Shown here: one piece after another, positions 10,375-18,684 of the stretch
Position numbering within the stretch: the first letter of the stretch is position 1
How the letters are laid out: each line of letters opens with the position of its first letter
Source: an uncultured Candidatus Saccharibacteria bacterium
GTDB lineage: Bacteria; Patescibacteriota; Saccharimonadia; Saccharimonadales; UBA4665
Assembly: GCA_964602145.1 (NCBI GenBank)
Contig: CAZRPP010000001.1
Coordinates: 2,043-66,042 of the forward strand
DNA: 64,000 nucleotides
Direction of reading: 5' to 3'
The notes under the pieces: model-generated
What the model saw: only the letters and a program-made list of their open reading frames with translations
What the model was told of the DNA's origin: nothing
Database searches by the model: none
Made by a program: the position numbers and the translations under genes

Positions 10375-11076
10375 ATGTCTAACGACAGAATTGCGGTCAC
10401 ACTGAGCCCGCGCAAAGTAACTGGTAAAGCCGTAAAGCACCTGCGTAAAGAGGGTGTAGTGCCAGCTGTTATCCACAACCACGGCAAAGATTCCATTATC
10501 GTCCAGGGCGATGTGCGCGAGCTTACCTTGGCCTACAAGGGCGCCGGTCGCCACCACCCCGTAGAACTCACGGCCGATGGCAAAAAATACACCGCCATGA
10601 TCAAAGAAGCAGAGTTTGAACCCCGCAAACAGGCTTTAGTACATATGGTCTTCAACGCGGTAGACGCTGACCAAGTTGTTGACGCTATTGTGCCAATCAA
10701 ACCCCAGTACAATGAGGGCAATGAATCCAGCCCAGCCGAGCGCAACAGCCTGATTGTCATTAACAACCTAGATGAAATTACCGTCTTTGCCTTGCCAGCT
10801 AAATTGCCAGATGGCCTCTACTTTGATGCTGAAAAATTAGTTGAAGTAGGCGACAAAGCTACCGTGGCAGACCTAGTCTTGCCAGAGGGCGTAGAGCTAG
10901 ACCCAGAATTAGACGTAGACCAGGCCATTGCCACCGTCTACGAACCAAGCGCTCTAGCTGCCGCTAACGATGCCGCCGGTGGCGACTCAGAAGATGCAGA
11001 TGCCAGCGCCGTCCCAGCTGCCGAAGGTTCTGTAGAAGCCACAGAATCCGAAGCCGCGCAGAAGACCGCTGAATAG
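10375..11076 (+). CDS. rplY: 50S ribosomal protein L25 / Ctc form with acidic tail
   Basis: KHLRKEGVVPAVIH...HPVEL pattern. AAGGAG RBS and a TGTTATAAT promoter lie upstream. Confidence 0.85.
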   Translation: MSNDRIAVTLSPRKVTGKAVKHLRKEGVVPAVIHNHGKDSIIVQGDVRELTLAYKGAGRHHPVELTADGKKYTAMIKEAEFEPRKQALVHMVFNAVDADQVVDAIVPIKPQYNEGNESSPAERNSLIVINNLDEITVFALPAKLPDGLYFDAEKLVEVGDKATVADLVLPEGVELDPELDVDQAIATVYEPSALAAANDAAGGDSEDADASAVPAAEGSVEATESEAAQKTAE

Positions 11077-11116
11077 GCTTTGCAATATTAACGCAAAAGT
11101 CGTATAATATATCTTT

Positions 11117-12370
11117 ATGCGACGTGAATTGATTGCCGGTTTAGGTGTTGCGCTAGCAGCAAATATTTACGCATCAGGTGTTGCACAAGCTCAACCTCCT
11201 CAGGAATTTGCTCCGGTAAGTGTATTGCCGCGGAACCCAGAAAGCTACCCAATACTCGTAGTGGACCCTGCAGTCCCGCCTATAACCAACCTAGATGTTA
11301 TTAAGGGTGGTTTTACTTTTGCAAACAAAAATATTCAAAGGGAGACCAATAATACTTACGGCTATAAACAAAATCCTATCCTGACGGTCACCGAATCGGC
11401 AGCCGGGAAAAACGCTGGAGTGCCATGCTACACCAGCAAGCAGATTGAAAAGTTTGCCAACAGGTTTCCGGTAAAAAAAGTTGGTCAGCGGGTGGTGGAT
11501 ATATTCTTAAGCCAATACACTACATGCGACATGATGCAAGGCCCAAATGTTTTGGCAGGCGCACAAGCCTACACTGGCCCAAAACAGCGGTATATTGTCT
11601 ATGGGCCATACAAGGATCCAGCATGGCTTGGCGGCGCAATCATCCATGAAAATAGCCATTTGCAGGGCTTGTCACATGTTGCGCTTGTGATGTGCGGGGG
11701 GGAGAATACAAATGAAATCCTTGGTATTAAACAGCAAGACATTGCAGAAAATGTTGCTTGCGGGGTTAAGAAAAATAATATAACGCAGCAGCCTGATTAT
11801 TACAGTGGAAGCGGCGTAATGGGATCGGGGCTCTCTCCGGAAGGAGTGAGTGCTTTTACGCCATCTCAGATGAATAAGCTCATGCCAGAAGCGTATCGAG
11901 TCGTTGCGGTACCGCCTATTGAAGGCGATTATGAAATCACGGCCAACAAAAATGGTGCTAATTCCATTGCGCTGGCAATTCCAGATGTTCATCCACTCAA
12001 AAAGCTAGATGCATCCATGCGCCAGGTAGTTTTTGGGCTAAGAAAAAACAATCTTTCATCGGGCAGCAACGGGGAAGAAACCTACTCCATTAATGTCCAT
12101 GCCGTAGCCGATGCGCAAGAATATCAGCTGCCATTTATGCCTGTATGGACGGAACACGCCGCGGGCCAAGAAATTCAGCGCTCAGTACTTTATGTAGATC
12201 AAGCGCTGGGCGTAGTAGTTGTTTTGGACTCTCCCCAGCCTCAGCCCCGTGCTGCCGCCAAGCAGCTGCTGCAAATCATCCCTTACCATACAGCCAAACC
12301 ATTTCTAGACAAGCAAAACGATACAAACGACGCATATAACCGACAGTTCAACTTGCGTGTTAGTAATTAG
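11117..12370 (+). CDS. Secreted protein with an HExxH motif (putative metallopeptidase), otherwise unknown
   Basis: Signal peptide (LGVALAANIYASGVAQA). Single HENSH motif (AIIHENSHLQGLSH). Confidence 0.4.
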   Translation: MRRELIAGLGVALAANIYASGVAQAQPPQEFAPVSVLPRNPESYPILVVDPAVPPITNLDVIKGGFTFANKNIQRETNNTYGYKQNPILTVTESAAGKNAGVPCYTSKQIEKFANRFPVKKVGQRVVDIFLSQYTTCDMMQGPNVLAGAQAYTGPKQRYIVYGPYKDPAWLGGAIIHENSHLQGLSHVALVMCGGENTNEILGIKQQDIAENVACGVKKNNITQQPDYYSGSGVMGSGLSPEGVSAFTPSQMNKLMPEAYRVVAVPPIEGDYEITANKNGANSIALAIPDVHPLKKLDASMRQVVFGLRKNNLSSGSNGEETYSINVHAVADAQEYQLPFMPVWTEHAAGQEIQRSVLYVDQALGVVVVLDSPQPQPRAAAKQLLQIIPYHTAKPFLDKQNDTNDAYNRQFNLRVSN

Positions 12371-14142
12371 TCTTCTATGAACCCACCGCTTTGGTGCGCC
12401 CACAGTTTTGCGTAAACGCCGTTTTGCGCAAGCAGCGCTTTGTGCGAGCCTTGCTCCACCACGCGGCCGCCGTCCAGCACCAAAATGCGGTCCATTTTTT
12501 GGATGGTGCTTAGGCGGTGGGCAATCACGATTGCCGTGCGACCGTCCATGAGTTTCCAGAGCGCGTCCTGAATCAAGACTTCGCTTTCTGAGTCCAGGGC
12601 CGATGTAGCCTCGTCCAAAATTAAGATGGGTGCGTTTTTGAGCATGGCACGGGCAATGGCGATCCGCTGGCGCTGGCCGCCGGACAGCTTGGTGCCGCGT
12701 TCGCCCACCAGCGTGTCGTAGCCGTTTGGCAACTTCTCTATGAACTCGTGGGCGTTGGCTAGGCGGGCGCAGGCGCGAACGGCTTTGTCGGATGCATCCA
12801 ATTGACCATAACGAATGTTGTCGCTAATGGAGCGGTGGAACATCAGCGGCTCTTGCGGCACATACGCCATAGCGCGGCGCAGACTTTGCTGCGTTACCTG
12901 CGCTATGTCCTGGCCATCTACTAAAATCTGGCCGGACTGAATATCCATGAAACGCAGCAAAAGTTTGGTGATGGTGGTTTTGCCACCGCCACTAGGCCCA
13001 ACTAGGCCAATTTTTTCGCCGGGGCGGATGTGCAAATCTAGGTCTTTAAACAATTTTTTAGATGAATCTTTGTAGCCAAAAGATACGTTTTCTAAGCGCA
13101 AATCGCCGCGTCCTGCTTGCATAGTTTTGGCGCCAGGTACGTCTGCAACTTCTGGCGGAATTTGCAGGATGGCCGTCATGTCGCGGGCATCACCAATGAC
13201 GCGGTTAAGATTTCTAATCACGCTGTTTAGGTCCCACAGCCGCCGAGAAATATTCAAAGTGTAAGTCAAAATTAGGTACACTAATCCCACGGAAATATGC
13301 ATGGTTATGCCTAGGTAGACGCCCGCTAAAATTGAGAAGGCGTTAATGGCACGCTGGCTGGTGGTGGTGTAGCGCTCGTTGTCCAAGACCTTGCGCATGG
13401 TTTTAAGCGAGATGTCCAGCACATCCTTGGTACGGTCGTCGTACAACTTTTTCTCAAGAGCCTCGTGGCCAAAGGATTTTACCGCCGTTATGTTACTGAT
13501 GGTGTCAGATAGCTGACCAGTGCGGGCTGATTCCAAAGAGGCCCACTCCGCGTTCAAGGCATTTTCTGATTTTTTGACATGTAAGAGCACCGCCACGTAG
13601 ATAGCGCTAAATACAACCAGAACCAGAACATATAATGGTGCGGGCTTCACTAGTATGGCAATTGTCAGAATAAAGCTAATAATCAGCTTGTAGATACTCC
13701 AGATGAATGTATCGGATAGGCGCTCAAAACTGCCGGTAAACTTATTGACTTGGTTTACGAGCGAGCCAGCAAATCGATCTGAGTAAAAGCGATAACTCAT
13801 CTGCATAAGGTGCTGGAATGACGTCTGCTGTAAGCGGCGCATAACCAGCTCTTCAAATGACCAAACAATCTTTATGTAGGGGCGCCACATAAAGTTAATC
13901 GATAATTCCAGAATTAATATGGCAGCAATTGGCGCATAGAAGTCCTGTAGCTGTAGATGGCCGTTGCTTTTAACCAGTTTGTTCAAGACCTGGCTGGTAA
14001 TTAATGGCACAGCAAAATCGTCCAGAAGTTGGATAATGGGCATGAGCACGAGCAGACCAGTCAGATGCCGCGGATACTCTTTGGCGTGGCGCCAGTAAAT
14101 GTCCAGTGTCTGCCGGACGGTTGTTTTTGGTAGATTTTTCAT
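12367..14142 (-). CDS. ABC exporter, fused permease/ATPase (MsbA/multidrug-like)
   Basis: Six-TM domain plus NBD (GPSGGGKTT, LSGGQRQR, ILILDEATSALD). Start placed at MKNLPK because GGAGG lies 8 nt upstream. Confidence 0.9.
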   Translation of the reverse strand: MKNLPKTTVRQTLDIYWRHAKEYPRHLTGLLVLMPIIQLLDDFAVPLITSQVLNKLVKSNGHLQLQDFYAPIAAILILELSINFMWRPYIKIVWSFEELVMRRLQQTSFQHLMQMSYRFYSDRFAGSLVNQVNKFTGSFERLSDTFIWSIYKLIISFILTIAILVKPAPLYVLVLVVFSAIYVAVLLHVKKSENALNAEWASLESARTGQLSDTISNITAVKSFGHEALEKKLYDDRTKDVLDISLKTMRKVLDNERYTTTSQRAINAFSILAGVYLGITMHISVGLVYLILTYTLNISRRLWDLNSVIRNLNRVIGDARDMTAILQIPPEVADVPGAKTMQAGRGDLRLENVSFGYKDSSKKLFKDLDLHIRPGEKIGLVGPSGGGKTTITKLLLRFMDIQSGQILVDGQDIAQVTQQSLRRAMAYVPQEPLMFHRSISDNIRYGQLDASDKAVRACARLANAHEFIEKLPNGYDTLVGERGTKLSGGQRQRIAIARAMLKNAPILILDEATSALDSESEVLIQDALWKLMDGRTAIVIAHRLSTIQKMDRILVLDGGRVVEQGSHKALLAQNGVYAKLWAHQSGGFIED

Positions 14143-14197
14143 GGGAGCCGCCTCCAAGCGGGCCCTTAGATTAGTAGATAGATTTTAGAAGTTAGAT

Positions 14198-14245
14198 TCT
14201 AGAGAGTAGCGCCGGTGACGACACTGCCAGATTTATAGGTATACA
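14198..14245 (-). CDS. Possible 15-codon upstream ORF (MYTYKSGSVVTGATL) ahead of the ABC exporter
   Basis: ATG preceded by GGAGGCGGC, the same string that forms the exporter RBS. No other support. Confidence 0.2.
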
Positions 14246-14353
14246 TTTTTTGCCGCCTCCGGTTATCTAAACTTGCGTTTAGAGAGCTAATATTATGTTA
14301 TCATAGTACAATAAAGTTTTTTAAAGCGCAAGCGTTTGGCATAGAATAAGAGC

Positions 14354-16027
14354 ATGGAACAATTTGGTAGCCTCATGGATGCGCCGGAAAAGCCGGACAA
14401 ATCAATCAAGAAAAAGAAGAGCGCGGAATCTGTGGGCAGCCTCTTAAGTTTTGATGCCAAAAAAGAGCAGGCCGGCGCCGATTTATCTACCTTGTTTAGC
14501 AAAAAAGCCAATCTCCTGGAACCCGACAAACTGCCCAAAAGCGAGCAGGCAGACGTGGCGGCTTTGCCGGAACGCCCCAAAGACACGATTAATAAATCCT
14601 TAGAAATTACACCCGCGGAAACGCAGTACGTCCAATCTACCATTGCTAGCGAACACTTGCGCGATCTGGCGGAGGCGCCAGAAGATGCCGCAGAAGACCT
14701 TGAGCCAGCACGCGATTTTTTGGAGCGCGTGCAAGCCGGCACAGATGCGCAAGAAGCCTATGATGATATTGCGGCTAGCCTGCCTACGCCAGAAGAATTA
14801 CCAGAAGAGCCCGAGGAATCTGCGGAGGAGCCGCCCGTAGACGATGTGGAAGAGGCTCCAACACCACTTGATGATGAGGACGAAGTTGACCTTGGCGGCC
14901 CGCCGAGCGGCAATGGTGGTTCCGGTTCTGGCTCAGGCTCTGGTTCGGGCGGAGGCTCGGGTGGTTCTGGCTCAGGCGGTGGTTCGGGCGGAACGCCTCC
15001 GGGCGGGGGCGGCGGACCTGGAGCCGCTGGTCCAGGTGGCCCCGGCAATCCCAATGTGCCGCCACCAGGCCCATTCAATCTGCCGCCACAGCCTCCAAAC
15101 CCCAATCAGGCGCCGCAGAATCCTAACGTGCAGTCGCAGGCGCCTAATGTCTATTACGTCAATCGGCATATTTTGGGCGATGCGCTTTTGGGCGGATTAG
15201 TCGGCTATTTGATTGGCCGTCGGCGCGGTCGGATTAAGACAGAAAAACGATTACTGCCAGTTCAGAAAAAACTTGAGCAAAATGTGCGCCAGTTGGAGCA
15301 GGACATAACGCGCAAAGAGCAGATGCTCGTGGCGGCCAAACGTCAGCAGCGGCAAGAGCAGGCTGCAAAGCCAGCTGAGCGGCCACAGACGCGCCGCGAA
15401 AAACAGCCAGAAAAACCCATCACGCCAGAATCGCGGCTGGCATTACAGAAGCCTAAAGCGGAGCGGTTGGCCAAAGTTATTTTGGCTGCGGAAGCACCGC
15501 GCGTTATAGAGAAAAAAGCGCCAGAAATCCGCAGCACCATCAAGCAAAATATCCGGCCCGAGCAGGCCAAAACAATGCACCGCGCGGAGCTTATGGACGT
15601 GGCGGAGAAAATTATGGTGGAGGGCGCGTCCCTCAGGCAAATTTATGAAACGCGGTTGATTGGTGAGCATCAACTGCGCTTCTTGGTGTCGGAATTTTTG
15701 CAGGGCAAAGACATTCGTAATGATTTGCGCAAAGAAATGATTGAGCACGAAATTGATTTTGAGCGCGACCCGATTATGCGCGATCGCGTTCGCAGTATGG
15801 TGCAAAGCAGCGGCGCCGGCAGCGGCCTATCGCAATTATTGGCCAGCGCGGGTGCTTTGCCCGGCGATGCTATCCAGAAAGAAGAGCGCTACGACCCCTG
15901 GAAAACCCCGCACCCACAGGACATCCAGGACGAAAAAGACCGCAAAGAAAACTACGCGGCAGATGTGGCGTTGGCTACGGCTGTGGTTGTTTTAGGGGCA
16001 ATAGTAGCGTGGCTGCTGCTACACTAA
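14354..16027 (+). CDS. Low-complexity membrane-anchored protein, unknown function
   Basis: Acidic N-terminal region, a (GSG)n/Pro-rich tract, TM helix (ALLGGLVGYLIG), K/R/Q-rich coiled-coil-like region, C-terminal TM helix. Confidence 0.5.
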   Translation: MEQFGSLMDAPEKPDKSIKKKKSAESVGSLLSFDAKKEQAGADLSTLFSKKANLLEPDKLPKSEQADVAALPERPKDTINKSLEITPAETQYVQSTIASEHLRDLAEAPEDAAEDLEPARDFLERVQAGTDAQEAYDDIAASLPTPEELPEEPEESAEEPPVDDVEEAPTPLDDEDEVDLGGPPSGNGGSGSGSGSGSGGGSGGSGSGGGSGGTPPGGGGGPGAAGPGGPGNPNVPPPGPFNLPPQPPNPNQAPQNPNVQSQAPNVYYVNRHILGDALLGGLVGYLIGRRRGRIKTEKRLLPVQKKLEQNVRQLEQDITRKEQMLVAAKRQQRQEQAAKPAERPQTRREKQPEKPITPESRLALQKPKAERLAKVILAAEAPRVIEKKAPEIRSTIKQNIRPEQAKTMHRAELMDVAEKIMVEGASLRQIYETRLIGEHQLRFLVSEFLQGKDIRNDLRKEMIEHEIDFERDPIMRDRVRSMVQSSGAGSGLSQLLASAGALPGDAIQKEERYDPWKTPHPQDIQDEKDRKENYAADVALATAVVVLGAIVAWLLLH

Positions 16028-16031
16028 AGCT

Positions 16032-16943
16032 ATGGAAAAAGATAATTACACCCGAGCAGAAACTCGCCTCAAAGTTAGCGATGGCTTTGAACTCTATGTA
16101 CAAGATTGGGGCAACCCGCATGCCAAAACGTCGATTATTTTTCTAAAAGGCGGACCGGGCGGCTACTGTAAACAGCGGGACAAAGGTAGTTTTGATCCCG
16201 CGCGCGATCGAGTAATATTTTTTGACCAGCGCGGCTGCGGCCAGTCCACACCGTATGGCCAATTAGAACACAACACCACGCAGAAAATGATTGCAGACAT
16301 CAGCGCGGTGGCGGACCATTTTGGCCTGAAAGCGTTTGCGCTGCGCGGCACATCGTGGGGCTCATGCTTGGCGTTGGCCTACGCGCTGGAGCACTCCAGC
16401 CGCGTTGCTACATTGTTTATTGGCGGCGTTTTCACCGGCTCTCAAAAAGAAATCGATTGGTTAGATAACGGCCGCTTCAAGACTTTTTATCCAGAGGTAT
16501 GGCAGCAGTTCTTAAAGGGCACACCAAAACAATTCCAGCATGACCCGGCCGCCTATCATTATGAAAAGGTCTTGAAAGGCACGCCAGAAGAAATCAAAAA
16601 ATCCGCCTATGCCTACGCTTGTTTGGAAGGCGGCGCAATAAAATTAGACGATCGGTTTATCCCAGAAGACTTTGCAGATTTTGACCCCATTCCCATGCAA
16701 ATTGAAATGACTTATTTGGCAAATCGCTGCTTCTTGCCGGAGCGCCACATTTTGGATAATGCGCACAAATTGACCATGCCGGTGTACATTGTGCAGGGTC
16801 GCTACGACATGGTCTGCCCGCCAGAAACGGCCTGGGAACTGCATCAGAAACTGCCCAACTCAGAGTTGTACTGGACGTTGGCGGGGCACCTGGTAGAGCA
16901 CGAATCCGTCAATATTTTTAAGAGTTTATACGGCAGGCTGTAG
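16032..16943 (+). CDS. Proline iminopeptidase-like alpha/beta hydrolase
   Basis: GGPGG, FDQRGCGQS and a GTSWGS nucleophile elbow. Confidence 0.8.
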   Translation: MEKDNYTRAETRLKVSDGFELYVQDWGNPHAKTSIIFLKGGPGGYCKQRDKGSFDPARDRVIFFDQRGCGQSTPYGQLEHNTTQKMIADISAVADHFGLKAFALRGTSWGSCLALAYALEHSSRVATLFIGGVFTGSQKEIDWLDNGRFKTFYPEVWQQFLKGTPKQFQHDPAAYHYEKVLKGTPEEIKKSAYAYACLEGGAIKLDDRFIPEDFADFDPIPMQIEMTYLANRCFLPERHILDNAHKLTMPVYIVQGRYDMVCPPETAWELHQKLPNSELYWTLAGHLVEHESVNIFKSLYGRL

Positions 16944-17504
16944 ATGGCGCATATTCACGACCAGCCAAACCAGCACGATTTGACTGCCTGCGCGTTTATT
17001 ATTCGCAAAGTCGGAAATAACTGGTTATGTTTGGTGCACATGCATAAAAAGCTGGGCAAGTTGCTGCAAATTGGTGGACACGTAGAACTGCATGAAACGC
17101 CCTGGCAATCGGTTGCGCATGAGCTGCGCGAAGAGGCTGGCTACGAACTATCTGACCTGCAGTTATTGCAGCCAAAAATGGTCCGGCCAGTGCGGCCAAA
17201 TTCTATTCAACACCCTCTGCCAATCGATATAAATACGCACCGTTTTAGCGCCGACCACTTCCACACGGATTTGGCTTACGGTTTTGTAGCTACGGCTGAG
17301 CCGCGCTTGCAGCCACTAGAGGACGAATCGCTTGATTTGCGCTGGCTGACTGTTGACGAGCTAAAGGCTTCAGCCGCCCGCGGCGAGACAATTGAGGACA
17401 TTGTGTCACTATATGAATATTTAGTGAATGACAATGTAAAAAATTGGCAGCTAGTTGATCCGCTAAGTTTTTCTATAGAAAATTTTGGACCCAAAAATGC
17501 CTAA
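16944..17504 (+). CDS. NUDIX hydrolase
   Basis: Nudix box GGHVELHETPWQSVAHELREEAGYE. Confidence 0.8.
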   Translation: MAHIHDQPNQHDLTACAFIIRKVGNNWLCLVHMHKKLGKLLQIGGHVELHETPWQSVAHELREEAGYELSDLQLLQPKMVRPVRPNSIQHPLPIDINTHRFSADHFHTDLAYGFVATAEPRLQPLEDESLDLRWLTVDELKASAARGETIEDIVSLYEYLVNDNVKNWQLVDPLSFSIENFGPKNA

Positions 17505-18048
17505 AATATTACCAATTACGCGCTTTGGTAATCCAATTCTGCGGCAACCTGCGCGGCAGCTAACACCCGCAGAAATTTTAAGCCAAAAAACTCAAATTTT
17601 GATTGCTGATATGCGCCATACCTCCAAAGAAAAAGAGTATGGTGTTGGCCTTGCAGCAGTGCAAGTGGGCCAGCCGTTAGCACTCAGTCTTATTGCGATA
17701 AAACCTAATAAACTGCGGCCAGAGCGACAGCCGTTTGATAGTGTCATTATCAATGCTTGCTACCAGGGAATTGGTAAAAAAGTTTTGCTCTGGGAGGGCT
17801 GTATGAGCTGCGGCAATGGGGATGATATTTTGTTCGCGCAGGTGCCACGCTTTGCCAAAATAAAAGCCCAGTGGCTGGACCAAAACGCGGTGAGCCATGA
17901 AGAAATTTTAGAAGATTTTGTAGCACATGTGTTTCAGCATGAAACAGATCATCAACAAGGAGTTTTGTTTGTCGATAAAGTAGAAGATCCAAGTAGCTAC
18001 ATGATGGCCGATGAATATAGGAAGCGAATCCTTGGACAAGAAAAGTAA
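17497..18048 (+). CDS. def: Peptide deformylase
   Basis: Motifs GVGLAAVQVG, EGCMS and HETDH. ATG at 17497 preferred. Confidence 0.9.
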   Translation: MPKILPITRFGNPILRQPARQLTPAEILSQKTQILIADMRHTSKEKEYGVGLAAVQVGQPLALSLIAIKPNKLRPERQPFDSVIINACYQGIGKKVLLWEGCMSCGNGDDILFAQVPRFAKIKAQWLDQNAVSHEEILEDFVAHVFQHETDHQQGVLFVDKVEDPSSYMMADEYRKRILGQEK

Positions 18049-18667
18049 AACAATCGCCGTACTTGGTGCCTCCGGCGCAACTGGCCAGGAAGTTGTGACC
18101 GCGCTTTTAGCCAAGGGCTATCAAGTTAAAGCGGGCGTACACAATCGGAATAATTTTAAGGCTAAACCTGGACTTACCGTTGTGAAAATTGATGCTCGGG
18201 AAACAAAAGATCAGAGCAAGTTGCTAGCAGGCTGCGATGCAGTGGTGAGCCTTTTAGGCCACGGCAGAAAAACGCCGCCCACCATGCAGCAAGATGCCCT
18301 GAAAGCAACACTGGCTGCCATGAAGGGTCAAAAAATTAAACGCGTTATTATGCTCACCGGCACTGGCGTGCGCCAGCCGGGCGATAAGCCAAATTGGTGG
18401 AATAATCTACTCAATGCATCAATAAAAACCATCGACCCAGCCAGGATTAAAGATGGGCAAATGGCTTCGCACTTGCTGCAAACAAGCGACACAGATTGGA
18501 CGTTGCTGCGCGTGCTCAAACTGACCAACCAAACAAGTCATAAGCCAGTGAAACTGACGGCTCATGGCCCGGCGGCGTGGCTGACGCCGCGGCGGCAAGT
18601 GGCGGCAGCCGTCGTCATGCTGCTGGAGTCAAAAAGTCAGATAAAACAATCGCCAATTTTGTCCTAG
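18011..18667 (+). CDS. NAD(P)-binding (NmrA/SDR-like) protein
   Basis: Rossmann motif IAVLGASGATGQEVV. The start is uncertain because it overlaps the def 3' end. Confidence 0.7.
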   Translation: MNIGSESLDKKSKTIAVLGASGATGQEVVTALLAKGYQVKAGVHNRNNFKAKPGLTVVKIDARETKDQSKLLAGCDAVVSLLGHGRKTPPTMQQDALKATLAAMKGQKIKRVIMLTGTGVRQPGDKPNWWNNLLNASIKTIDPARIKDGQMASHLLQTSDTDWTLLRVLKLTNQTSHKPVKLTAHGPAAWLTPRRQVAAAVVMLLESKSQIKQSPILS

Positions 18668-18684
18668 CCAGCTATACTAAGCGC

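Noticed and set aside
14758-15105. 115-aa and 96-aa Gly/Pro-rich ORFs antisense to the low-complexity region of 14354-16027
   Set aside because: They are frame shadows of a GC-rich repetitive tract. They have no start context, and the sense ORF is much longer and continuous.
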